NCBI GenBank assembly: GCA_049322655.1
Contig: JBMORP010000006.1
Location: 13,863-77,862, forward strand
From: Patescibacteria group bacterium
Lineage (GTDB): Bacteria; Patescibacteriota; Microgenomatia; UBA1400; PJMF01
Direction: 5' to 3'
DNA length: 64,000 bases
In this document: positions 39,077 through 46,566 of the stretch, in pieces
Position numbering within the stretch: the stretch's first letter is position 1
How the letters are laid out: the number at the start of each line of letters is the position of its first letter
The notes under the pieces: model-generated
Seen by the model: the letters and a program-made list of their open reading frames with translations, nothing else
Databases searched by the model: none
Told to the model about the DNA's origin: nothing
Position numbers and translations under genes: made by a program

Positions 39077-39970
39077 TTATCCTTGTAAATTATCTACTAG
39101 GATTTTTGAAATATCGATTACAGTAATTTTTTGGTATTGTTCTGGTCTTTCAATTGAGTTAGTGATTGTGACACTATCAACCATTGAGTCTTCTAACTCT
39201 GTTAAAGCTTTACCGGTAAAAACGCCGTGAGTGGCCAAAAAGTGGATCTCTTTAGCTCCATTTTCTTTGAGTAGTTTGGCGACTTCAACCACTGTTTGTC
39301 CTGATAAAATAGCGTCATCAAAGATAAAGACAGTTTTGTCTTTAACTTCACCATCTAGTTTAGTTGTTGTGACTTGACCAGTTTTTAGGTCTCTTCTTTT
39401 TTCGACACTGGCCATGTCCAGATGAAGCTGATTAGCAAATAACCTAGCCCTTTTGATGCCGCCAAAATCCGGGCTGACAACAATCGCTTTGCTCAAGTCA
39501 AAGTGTTCTTCAATGTGTTTAACAAATTCATCCATTGCAGAAATATGATAGGTAGGTACAGAGAAGAAGCCAGGAATACTAATATTATGGAGGTCTAAAA
39601 GGTAAACCTTTTTAATACAAGTACTTTCAATTATCTTGGCAATGACTTTGGCAGATAATGGTTCTCCAGGTAAAAAGACTTTATCTTGAAAAGAGTAGCC
39701 AAACCAAGGAATGAACAAACTAATTTCTTTTGCTCCTAATCTTTCTAACGCATCTGTGATTAAAGCTGTTTCAATGATTCTCTCATCTACTGGTTTATAA
39801 AAAGATTGAACCAATAAGACTTCTTCGTTTTTAACCTCATTAGCTACTCTAATTTTTTTTTCACCGTTAGCAAAATTATTAATTTCGCAATTAACTAGAG
39901 TGACATTCAATTGTAGGGCAATGTTTTGGGCTAATTTGAGGCTAGCAGAACCAGCAATGACTTTCATCAA
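39077..39970 (-). CDS. prs: Ribose-phosphate pyrophosphokinase
   Basis: N-terminal KVIAGSASLKLAQNIA pattern plus the PRPP-binding loop (VFIFDDAILSGQT). Confidence 0.85.
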   Translation of the reverse strand: MMKVIAGSASLKLAQNIALQLNVTLVNCEINNFANGEKKIRVANEVKNEEVLLVQSFYKPVDERIIETALITDALERLGAKEISLFIPWFGYSFQDKVFLPGEPLSAKVIAKIIESTCIKKVYLLDLHNISIPGFFSVPTYHISAMDEFVKHIEEHFDLSKAIVVSPDFGGIKRARLFANQLHLDMASVEKRRDLKTGQVTTTKLDGEVKDKTVFIFDDAILSGQTVVEVAKLLKENGAKEIHFLATHGVFTGKALTELEDSMVDSVTITNSIERPEQYQKITVIDISKILVDNLQG

Positions 39971-39998
39971 TGCTTATTTTAAAACTAAATTAGTAAAA

Positions 39999-40961
39999 TT
40001 AATAGGCTTCGAGAGTTATCTCACCAAGCAAGACTTGTTCTATTAGCTTGGGTAAGTCACTCTCATCTTGCCAGCCTGGAACATAATCTTTGTTTCTATC
40101 CAGTTTTAAAGCTTGTTGAAAGATGACGCCAAACATTTGCAAGACATACCAGTAAACACTATCAGTATCGGTTTCTTCAGTAGCTTGTTTTTGTGTTTCT
40201 CGATACTCTTTTTTTAGAACCTTTAATCTATTTTCTAAAGCAATATTATTCAATAAGTCCCCTAGTCTAAGAACTTTAGTGAAGATTTTATTGTAGTTTA
40301 TGTCTTCTTTGCCTTGATAGGCTTCAGCTATAAGGCTCTCAATCAATTCATTTTCCAAATTAAAATTATTTTTTCCTCCATTTTTAAACATTCTGGTATG
40401 GTATTTAGCGACTAACATTTTAATGATCATAAAAAGATCAAGCTCTAAAGCTTTAGCTAAATGATTAACCCATTCACTGTACCAAGCTGATTTTTCAGCA
40501 TCAGTGATTTGTAAGTGCAGAAGATTATAAAAGAGATCAACAACTTCAGAAAAAACCACTGCTTCTGTAACATCTGGGTTTTTACCTTCCATGTAAACAG
40601 AGGCTACGCCAACTAATTCATGAAGTTCTGGCGCTTTCCAGTGATCTTCTTGGGCTTTGGTGCGAACTCTATTACCGGCAAAATCAGTGGTACAACCAAG
40701 ATCAGAAAACTGTAGCCCGCCAATGGTAAAAATAATTTTTGTTTCTGGTCTAACACCGGCTCCGCCACGATATTTTTCACATTCTTGTTGGTATAAAACT
40801 TCACGCGCGTAGTAGGTTGCTTCTTCAGGATTTTTATCTAACCAGATCAATAACTCTCCAATGCTCATTTGGCCAAAAAACTCAAGATCATTTTGACCCT
40901 TTTTCCATTCGATTGGTAAAGAAAGTTGTTCAGTCATAAAAAGTGAATTGTACCAGATCAA
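39999..40961 (-). CDS. Hypothetical protein (320 aa), no recognisable domain
   Basis: Long ORF in an AT-rich genome; no motif I could assign. Confidence 0.4.
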   Translation of the reverse strand: MIWYNSLFMTEQLSLPIEWKKGQNDLEFFGQMSIGELLIWLDKNPEEATYYAREVLYQQECEKYRGGAGVRPETKIIFTIGGLQFSDLGCTTDFAGNRVRTKAQEDHWKAPELHELVGVASVYMEGKNPDVTEAVVFSEVVDLFYNLLHLQITDAEKSAWYSEWVNHLAKALELDLFMIIKMLVAKYHTRMFKNGGKNNFNLENELIESLIAEAYQGKEDINYNKIFTKVLRLGDLLNNIALENRLKVLKKEYRETQKQATEETDTDSVYWYVLQMFGVIFQQALKLDRNKDYVPGWQDESDLPKLIEQVLLGEITLEAY

Positions 40962-40982
40962 ATTATTTTTTTAAATCTTGAT

Positions 40983-41453
40983 TCAAGTTGGGTTTTTTGC
41001 TTGTTGAAACCTATTAATAGCTAAATTAGTAGCTATTGTTGCTATAGCTACCCCTAAAATGTCCATACTGGTATCACCAATTAACTCATTATTGCCTGGA
41101 AATGATTCAATTAAGGCATTCAGCGTGAGAATCGAGCTAAGGCTTAAAGTGTAGCCAAGTTTAGTAATTTTTTTAGCTATTTCGGAGTGAAATACTTGGT
41201 CGAATAGGTTTTTGGCAAAAACAGTGGTAATAGCTAGAGAAGCAGAGATACCAAAATTTCCCAGATGATTGGTGATTGAGCCGATTAAGTTTTCTAAAGC
41301 TTGTCTTCTTTCTAGATCAGCAAGTCCAGCATGAGGGTGAGAATAAAGGTCAAGTAAAGTAATCGCCACGGTTAAAATTACCAAGGGAACAGTAATATCA
41401 AGTGATTTCTTTTGTTTTTCTTTTGCTAGTAACAGTGTTTTTTCTTTTTCCAC
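40983..41453 (-). CDS. Hypothetical membrane protein (156 aa)
   Basis: N-terminal charged stretch then about 3 hydrophobic helices; no family assigned. Confidence 0.4.
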   Translation of the reverse strand: MEKEKTLLLAKEKQKKSLDITVPLVILTVAITLLDLYSHPHAGLADLERRQALENLIGSITNHLGNFGISASLAITTVFAKNLFDQVFHSEIAKKITKLGYTLSLSSILTLNALIESFPGNNELIGDTSMDILGVAIATIATNLAINRFQQAKNPT

Positions 41454-41553
41454 AAGAAATGAATTATAACTGAAGATTGTTCTGTTTGATGTTAATCTGG
41501 GTTGAAATTTGTTATAGTAATATTAATTACTAAATTTGAATTAAGGAACGTTT

Positions 41554-42072
41554 ATGTCTACTCTCCCCAGAGTTCATGTTGTTAATGATGAAGAAGCCAA
41601 GGGTGAGGTCAAAGCACTTTTTGAAAAAATGATTGAACAAAAAGGCGGAGTGCCTAAATGGATGGGCGTGATGGCTAATTGTGGTGATGTGTTAATGGGT
41701 TTTTTTGCTTTATTTAAAGCAACCATGGATGATTCTCCGCTTAGTGCTGAATTAAAGTGGCGGATTGCTTATCATATTTCTGAACTCAATAAGTGTGAGT
41801 TTTGTGTCAGTGTGTCAGAAATGCAGTTAGAGCAATTTGGACTGAGCAAAGAGGAAATGAAGTTGATTAGACAAGCAGCTACAGGAAGAGATGCTTTGGC
41901 TATGGAGTATGCTGAGGCAGTTAATGATCATGCTTATAAAATCGATCCAGCTTTGTTGGAAAAAGTAAAACTAGCTTTTTCTGATGAAGAGTTGGTTGAG
42001 TTAACTAGTGTGGTTGGTTTGTTCAACTTTATTAACAGATTTAACGACGCTTTGGGGGTTTTACCAGATTAG
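41554..42072 (+). CDS. Carboxymuconolactone decarboxylase (CMD)/AhpD-like family protein
   Basis: LNKCEFCVSVSE-type CxxC core in an all-helical 172-aa protein. Confidence 0.5.
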   Translation: MSTLPRVHVVNDEEAKGEVKALFEKMIEQKGGVPKWMGVMANCGDVLMGFFALFKATMDDSPLSAELKWRIAYHISELNKCEFCVSVSEMQLEQFGLSKEEMKLIRQAATGRDALAMEYAEAVNDHAYKIDPALLEKVKLAFSDEELVELTSVVGLFNFINRFNDALGVLPD

Positions 42073-42095
42073 AAAAATAACTTTATCCGAGTTTT

Positions 42096-42125
42096 GCAAA
42101 AACCAGCCTAGTGGCTGGTTTTTGG
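42096..42125. terminator. Bidirectional rho-independent terminator between the CMD-like gene (+) and tRNA-Lys (-)
   Basis: AAAAACCAGCC-TAGT-GGCTGGTTTTT. Confidence 0.7.
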
Positions 42126-42159
42126 TGTTTTTGTGTTTAGGACTAGTTAGGTCCCTTAG

Positions 42160-42233
42160 TGAGTCAGGTGGGACTCGAACCCACGACATTCTGCTTAAGA
42201 GGCAGACGCTCTAACCGACTGAGCTACTGACCC
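42160..42233 (-). tRNA. tRNA-Lys (anticodon CTT)
   Basis: Reverse-complement cloverleaf: acceptor GGGTCAG/CTGACTC, D-arm GCTC-AGTCGGTTA-GAGC, anticodon stem TCTGC/GCAGA, loop CTCTTAA, T-loop TTCGAGT. Confidence 0.9.
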
Positions 42234-42327
42234 AGAGCTCAATGGCTCGTATTCTACTGTCTTTTACTAAAAATTTCCAGAGTTTATCCTTAGCGCTCTT
42301 AGATTTTTTAATCTATAATTTTATTTA

Positions 42328-43233
42328 ATGTTGGAATCACAAGAACCAGTTGACCAAGCTTCGATTGTCTTAGAAAAAGAAGTAAAAGAAAACCCAGCCC
42401 TTCCTCCTGATGATGAATTGCTCAAGACTGTTTTACTTGGTTTAGCAGAGAGAATGCATAAGATTGGTTTGGTTGAAGATTTAAACTACTTAATTGAAGC
42501 CTTGATTGAAGCGGAAACTACCTATCTTCACCATTCAGCTGATTCTGGAGAGTCTTTTTATGATGTTTTTTATAAAAGTTTTTTTGGCAAAGTAAAAGGA
42601 AAAACTACTGATCAGAAGATAATTAACTTGTTAAGACTTTCCTTAGAGGACGCTTTGGAAATTTTTAATCAATTTAGAGGTAAAAACAAAGATTTTTTAA
42701 CTCAATTACCCAATAGACAAGCTCTTGAGGGAGATTATCAAGATTTTATTCAAAGAAGAAGATCTGAAGACAATAACCAAGAATTTTCTTTAATAGTAGT
42801 TGATATTGACGATTTTAAGAAAGTAAATGATGAACATGGTCATTTGGCTGGTGATATGGTCCTGAAGTTTGTTGCTGATTCTTTACAAAAATTATGTCGA
42901 AGAACTGATGGTGTTTACCGATATGGTGGTGAAGAGTTTGTGATTATTGCTCATGGTAATGAGGAAGAAATAGAAAAATTAATGGTTAGAATTTTGGAAT
43001 TTTTTAGAACAACAGAGATAGACCTTGAAGAATTAAGTCATGGTCAGGGTAAAAGATTTAAAAATTTAAAATTAAGAAAAACAGTCAGTTTGGGTGCTAT
43101 TTCTAGTAAGAGAGTTAGTAACTTAAATTTTGCCAATCACTTCGATTTAGCAGATGTTGCTCTTTATTCAGCTAAAGAAGGTGGTCGCAATCAATATATC
43201 CAAAATTTAGTAGGGGCAATCTTTAATAGTTAA
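42328..43233 (+). CDS. GGDEF-domain diguanylate cyclase with unknown N-terminal sensor region
   Basis: RYGGEEFVIIAHG (GGEEF active site), DDFKKVNDEHGHLAGD. Confidence 0.75.
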   Translation: MLESQEPVDQASIVLEKEVKENPALPPDDELLKTVLLGLAERMHKIGLVEDLNYLIEALIEAETTYLHHSADSGESFYDVFYKSFFGKVKGKTTDQKIINLLRLSLEDALEIFNQFRGKNKDFLTQLPNRQALEGDYQDFIQRRRSEDNNQEFSLIVVDIDDFKKVNDEHGHLAGDMVLKFVADSLQKLCRRTDGVYRYGGEEFVIIAHGNEEEIEKLMVRILEFFRTTEIDLEELSHGQGKRFKNLKLRKTVSLGAISSKRVSNLNFANHFDLADVALYSAKEGGRNQYIQNLVGAIFNS

Positions 43234-43236
43234 AAG

Positions 43237-43310
43237 TGCCCCAGGAGGGATTCGAACCCCCGACGCCAGGTTCCGAAGACCTGCGCTCTAATCCACTGAG
43301 CTACTGAGGC
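43237..43310 (-). tRNA. tRNA-Arg (anticodon TCG)
   Basis: Reverse-complement cloverleaf: acceptor GCCTCAG/CTGGGGC, anticodon stem CAGGT/ACCTG, loop CTTCGGA, T-loop TTCGAAT. 3' end 3 nt after the GGDEF gene stop. Confidence 0.85.
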
Positions 43311-43440
43311 AGTAGTTGGAGTTATTGTAACACTTGTTAGGTTTTTTGCTAAGAAATTTTATTTCAGTTAATTAGTCAAAAACTAAACCCAAATAAAAGC
43401 TTAAAAAAAACTGAAAAGTAGTTTATACTCACACAGTAGT

Positions 43441-44154
43441 ATGGCTATAAACTACTACCCCCTCATTAATAAAATAATTTCCACTTTGGGCATCAAAGAT
43501 CGTTTACTTCAAGAAATCCCTGAAGATCATTTTTTTGCTCGACCGTTTATTACTATTGCTCGAGAACCAGGCAGTGGTGGTTTACCAATTGCCAAAGAGC
43601 TAGGAAAAAGGTTAGGCTTTGAAGTTCATGATGAAATGATTATTGATAAGGTTGCTGAATCAACCCAAAAGCGTCGAGCAATTATTCGTAAAATCGATGA
43701 AAAAAGTAGAACTTATTTGGAAGATTTAATTCATTCTGCGTTAAATCCCAATTATGTTGATGAGAACACCTACATTAAAGAGTTGAGCAAAGTGATTATG
43801 TTATTAGCTCATGAGGGCAATAACATAATTGTTGGTAGAGGAGCTAATTTTGTTACGCCTTTTTCTAAGGGTTTACACGTTAATATTGTGGCTCCTTACA
43901 AATTAAGAGTATTAAGAGCGATGAAGCATGAAGATTACACTGAAGAAAAAGCCAAACGAGTAATTGCCCACTACGAAAAAGAGCGTCGTGATTTTGTGAA
44001 GAAATATTTTCGCCAGGATTTAAACAGTCGTAATGCTTATGACTTAACGCTCAATACAACCCACTACACGATTGAGGAAGCTGCCAAAGTGATTGAAGTT
44101 GCCTTCAGAAGAAAATTCCCAGCTTGGCAAAGAATTAAATCTTCGCTGTTTTAA
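43441..44154 (+). CDS. Cytidylate kinase-like family protein (P-loop NTPase fold, Cytidylate_kin2-like)
   Basis: ITIAREPGSGGLPIAKELGKRLGFEVHD N-terminal P-loop-like segment typical of this family. Confidence 0.55.
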   Translation: MAINYYPLINKIISTLGIKDRLLQEIPEDHFFARPFITIAREPGSGGLPIAKELGKRLGFEVHDEMIIDKVAESTQKRRAIIRKIDEKSRTYLEDLIHSALNPNYVDENTYIKELSKVIMLLAHEGNNIIVGRGANFVTPFSKGLHVNIVAPYKLRVLRAMKHEDYTEEKAKRVIAHYEKERRDFVKKYFRQDLNSRNAYDLTLNTTHYTIEEAAKVIEVAFRRKFPAWQRIKSSLF

Positions 44155-44179
44155 ATTTAGTTTATAATAGCTAAATATT

Positions 44180-44263
44180 GCCAGAGTGCTGGAATTGGTA
44201 GACAGGCTAGTATCAGGAACTAGTGCTCTTTCGAGTGTGAGGGTTCAAGTCCCTCCTCTGGCA
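44180..44263 (+). tRNA. tRNA-Leu (anticodon CAG), type II with long variable arm
   Basis: Acceptor GCCAGAG/CTCTGGC, anticodon stem CTAGT/ACTAG, loop ATCAGGA, 15-nt variable arm, T-stem GAGGG/CCCTC; 84 nt. Confidence 0.85.
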
Positions 44264-44361
44264 CTAGCACATTTAAATATAAAAACTCGGTTTTTCACTT
44301 TGACCAAGTTGTTATATAATGTCAGTCTTGTGAGTGATCACGTCCTTTAAAACTAAACAAT

Positions 44362-44435
44362 GCGAGAATAGCTCAGTTGGCTAGAGCGTCTCCTTGCCAA
44401 GGAGAAGGTCGCGGGTTCGAGTCCCGTTTCTCGCT
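44362..44435 (+). tRNA. tRNA-Gly (anticodon GCC)
   Basis: Acceptor GCGAGAA/TTCTCGC, anticodon stem TCTCC/GGAGA, loop TTGCCAA. Confidence 0.9.
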
Positions 44436-44452
44436 CAGCGTGTGCAAAATAA

Positions 44453-44537
44453 GCCCAGGTGGCGGAACTGGTAGACGCGCAGTCTTGAGGTGGCTGTGGA
44501 GCAATCCGTGGAGGTTCAAGTCCTCTCCTGGGCACCA
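44453..44537 (+). tRNA. tRNA-Leu (anticodon GAG), type II; 3' CCA encoded
   Basis: Acceptor GCCCAGG/CCTGGGC, anticodon loop TTGAGGT, 13-nt variable arm, terminal ACCA. Confidence 0.85.
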
Positions 44538-44546
44538 CCATCCTTT

Positions 44547-44620
44547 GGACTCGTAGCTCAGTTGGTTAGAGCGTTCGGTTTACATCCGAAAGGTCAGAGG
44601 TTCGAGCCCTCTCGGGTCCA
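44547..44620 (+). tRNA. tRNA-Val (anticodon TAC)
   Basis: Acceptor GGACTCG/CGGGTCC, anticodon stem TTCGG/CCGAA, loop TTTACAT. Confidence 0.9.
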
Positions 44621-44638
44621 CTTCTTTTGTGCAAACAC

Positions 44639-44711
44639 GCCAAGCTAGCCAAGTTGGTCACGGCACATGTCTGAAAAACATGGGATTGAGGTTCGATTCC
44701 TCAGCTTGGCA
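44639..44711 (+). tRNA. tRNA-Phe (anticodon GAA)
   Basis: Acceptor GCCAAGC/GCTTGGC, anticodon stem CATGT/ACATG, loop CTGAAAA, 4-nt variable region. Confidence 0.85.
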
Positions 44712-44943
44712 CTAAAACCCTTTACTCGTTTGTAGTATGGGGTTTTTTTATGGCTTTTAATTATCTAATTGCTTGCTTGGAACTCTACCTATTTTTTACC
44801 AACTAAAGAGGCAAATATTTCTCTAATAAAATCAATCACAAACTTGAAAGTATAGGCACCAATCCTGACTACATAAGTCATGGTGGCTTCCAAACCTTGG
44901 GCAAAAATCTTATTACGTTGTAAGCGACTTGATTCTGACATAA

Positions 44944-45972
44944 TTATTCATTATTTTTATATAAAATTTTATTTCTCCACAGTGAATAAGTAGCTCTAAT
45001 AATGATATAGACTGGGATTGCTAACAAACCTCCTACCACTCCTCCTAGTTGGAAACCGACCAAGACACAAAGCATCGAGACCAAGGGATTAACTTTAGCA
45101 TTAGCACTCATGATTTTGGGGACTAATAGATTATTCTCTAGTTGTTGAATTAGGACATAAACTAAAACAGTGGCTCCGGCCATAGGAAAGCCATAAGCTA
45201 CGTACGCCAAAACTACTCCTGGGACAGCAGAAATAAATGGTCCCAAATTCGGCAAAATTTCCAAAAAGCCAGCGAGAATAGCCAGAGGTAGAGCAAATGG
45301 AACTTTTAACATCATTAGACCAAAGTAGGTTGCAATAGCAATGACCACCATAAGAATTAACTGTCCTCTAACCCAGCCTCCAAGTTGTTTTTCAAGATCA
45401 TCAATAAATTCTTTAGCAGTTACCAAATGTTCATTTTTATTAGTAAACCAAGCTACTTTTTTATGTAAATTTGGTCTGTCTAACAACATATAAAAAGACA
45501 TAATTAGTAAAGTGACAAAAGTAAAAATACCTGTAAAGGTACCAGTAACTGCGCTAATTAAGAAGTTAACTGAGGAACTAAATTGATTGGCTAAGTTACC
45601 AATCTCTGAGAAGGAAAACTCCATTTTAGAGAACTGTTCTTGAAGATAAGGCAGGTTAATGGTTTTCAAAAAATGGATAATTTCAGTAATCAACGGTGGT
45701 AAGACCAAGGCTGTAGCAGAAACAATCACGATGATAAACAAAACATAGACTAAAATCATACTAATAGCTCTAGGCATTTTGAAGTATTTTTGGAAACGAG
45801 TTACGGCTGGGTTTAAAGCTACCATTAAAATAAAAGATAATAGTAATAACAGGAGAATGTTATTAATCGAGGCCATAAACTTTAAAGCCCCTATGACAGC
45901 TAGGGTAAAAATCACGATTGAGGGGCTAATTGATATTTGGGTTTTGTTTTTTGCGGTAGGCCAATCAAACAT
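44944..45972 (-). CDS. AI-2E family transporter (PerM/UPF0118)
   Basis: Eight or so TM helices with the family-typical C-terminal LLAIPVYIIIRATY motif. Confidence 0.6.
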   Translation of the reverse strand: MFDWPTAKNKTQISISPSIVIFTLAVIGALKFMASINNILLLLLLSFILMVALNPAVTRFQKYFKMPRAISMILVYVLFIIVIVSATALVLPPLITEIIHFLKTINLPYLQEQFSKMEFSFSEIGNLANQFSSSVNFLISAVTGTFTGIFTFVTLLIMSFYMLLDRPNLHKKVAWFTNKNEHLVTAKEFIDDLEKQLGGWVRGQLILMVVIAIATYFGLMMLKVPFALPLAILAGFLEILPNLGPFISAVPGVVLAYVAYGFPMAGATVLVYVLIQQLENNLLVPKIMSANAKVNPLVSMLCVLVGFQLGGVVGGLLAIPVYIIIRATYSLWRNKILYKNNE

Positions 45973-46014
45973 AGTAAAATGTAGTATAGAATATCAGCCT
46001 AGGAGTGGGAAGAG

Positions 46015-46566
46015 TTAAAGATTTTTAATTAAAGTTCTTAGAAATTCTGATTTAGAGGTTTTGTTGTTATCTGCTAATTTTTTAAGTTTTTCATCTATTT
46101 TTTCTGAAATTAAGAAGTTAAATCTTTTTAGTTTTTCTATTTTAGTGCTATTAATTAATTTGGGCAGTTCTTTTTTTAATTCTTCTGTTTTTTTATAAGG
46201 GAAAAAGGTAAACTTTCGAAAGTTTTCTAAAAAAACCGAGATATTAGGAGTAGCATCTGACCTAGATACGGCAATGACTGGTTTATTTAAAGTTAAAGCC
46301 TCATGAATTAAATAGCCAACACTAATACTTTCATGAGTTGCTTCAGAAAGGACCAGGTCTGTTTTTCTAATTTTTTTAATAATATTTTTATGAAATTTAA
46401 TATTTTTTTCTAGAGACTGAGAAAGAGATTCTGGGCTTTCTTTTAAGATATGTTCGTAAAATACTTCATGACCCAGATCTTTTAGTAGTCCAATAATAGA
46501 TAGATAAAAGAATTTTTGTTTGGCTTTACCGTTAATTGATGCGACCAAAATTATCTTCACTGCCAA
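46015..46566 (-). CDS. Fusion protein: N-terminal nucleoside 2-deoxyribosyltransferase/Rcl(DNPH1)-like fold plus C-terminal ribbon-helix-helix (CopG/Arc/MetJ-like) DNA-binding domain
   Basis: LVLSEATHESISVGYLIHEALTLNKPVIAV aligns with the Rcl/NDT core (VVAEVTQPSLGVGYELGRAVALGKPIL). C-terminal KLKRFNFLISEKIDEKLKKLADNNKTSKSEFLRTLIKNL has the RHH beta-strand plus two-helix pattern. Overlaps the upstream helicase-nuclease gene by 10 nt. Confidence 0.55.
   Translation of the reverse strand: MAVKIILVASINGKAKQKFFYLSIIGLLKDLGHEVFYEHILKESPESLSQSLEKNIKFHKNIIKKIRKTDLVLSEATHESISVGYLIHEALTLNKPVIAVSRSDATPNISVFLENFRKFTFFPYKKTEELKKELPKLINSTKIEKLKRFNFLISEKIDEKLKKLADNNKTSKSEFLRTLIKNL

Noticed and set aside
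42008-42214. 68-aa plus-strand ORF
   Set aside because: It overlaps the minus-strand tRNA-Lys(CTT) and the bidirectional terminator hairpin; it has no RBS and a low-complexity product. Spurious.
44353-44541. 62-aa minus-strand ORF
   Set aside because: It lies entirely across tRNA-Gly(GCC) and tRNA-Leu(GAG) on the opposite strand; its Arg/Pro-rich translation is typical of an anti-tRNA reading frame. Spurious.
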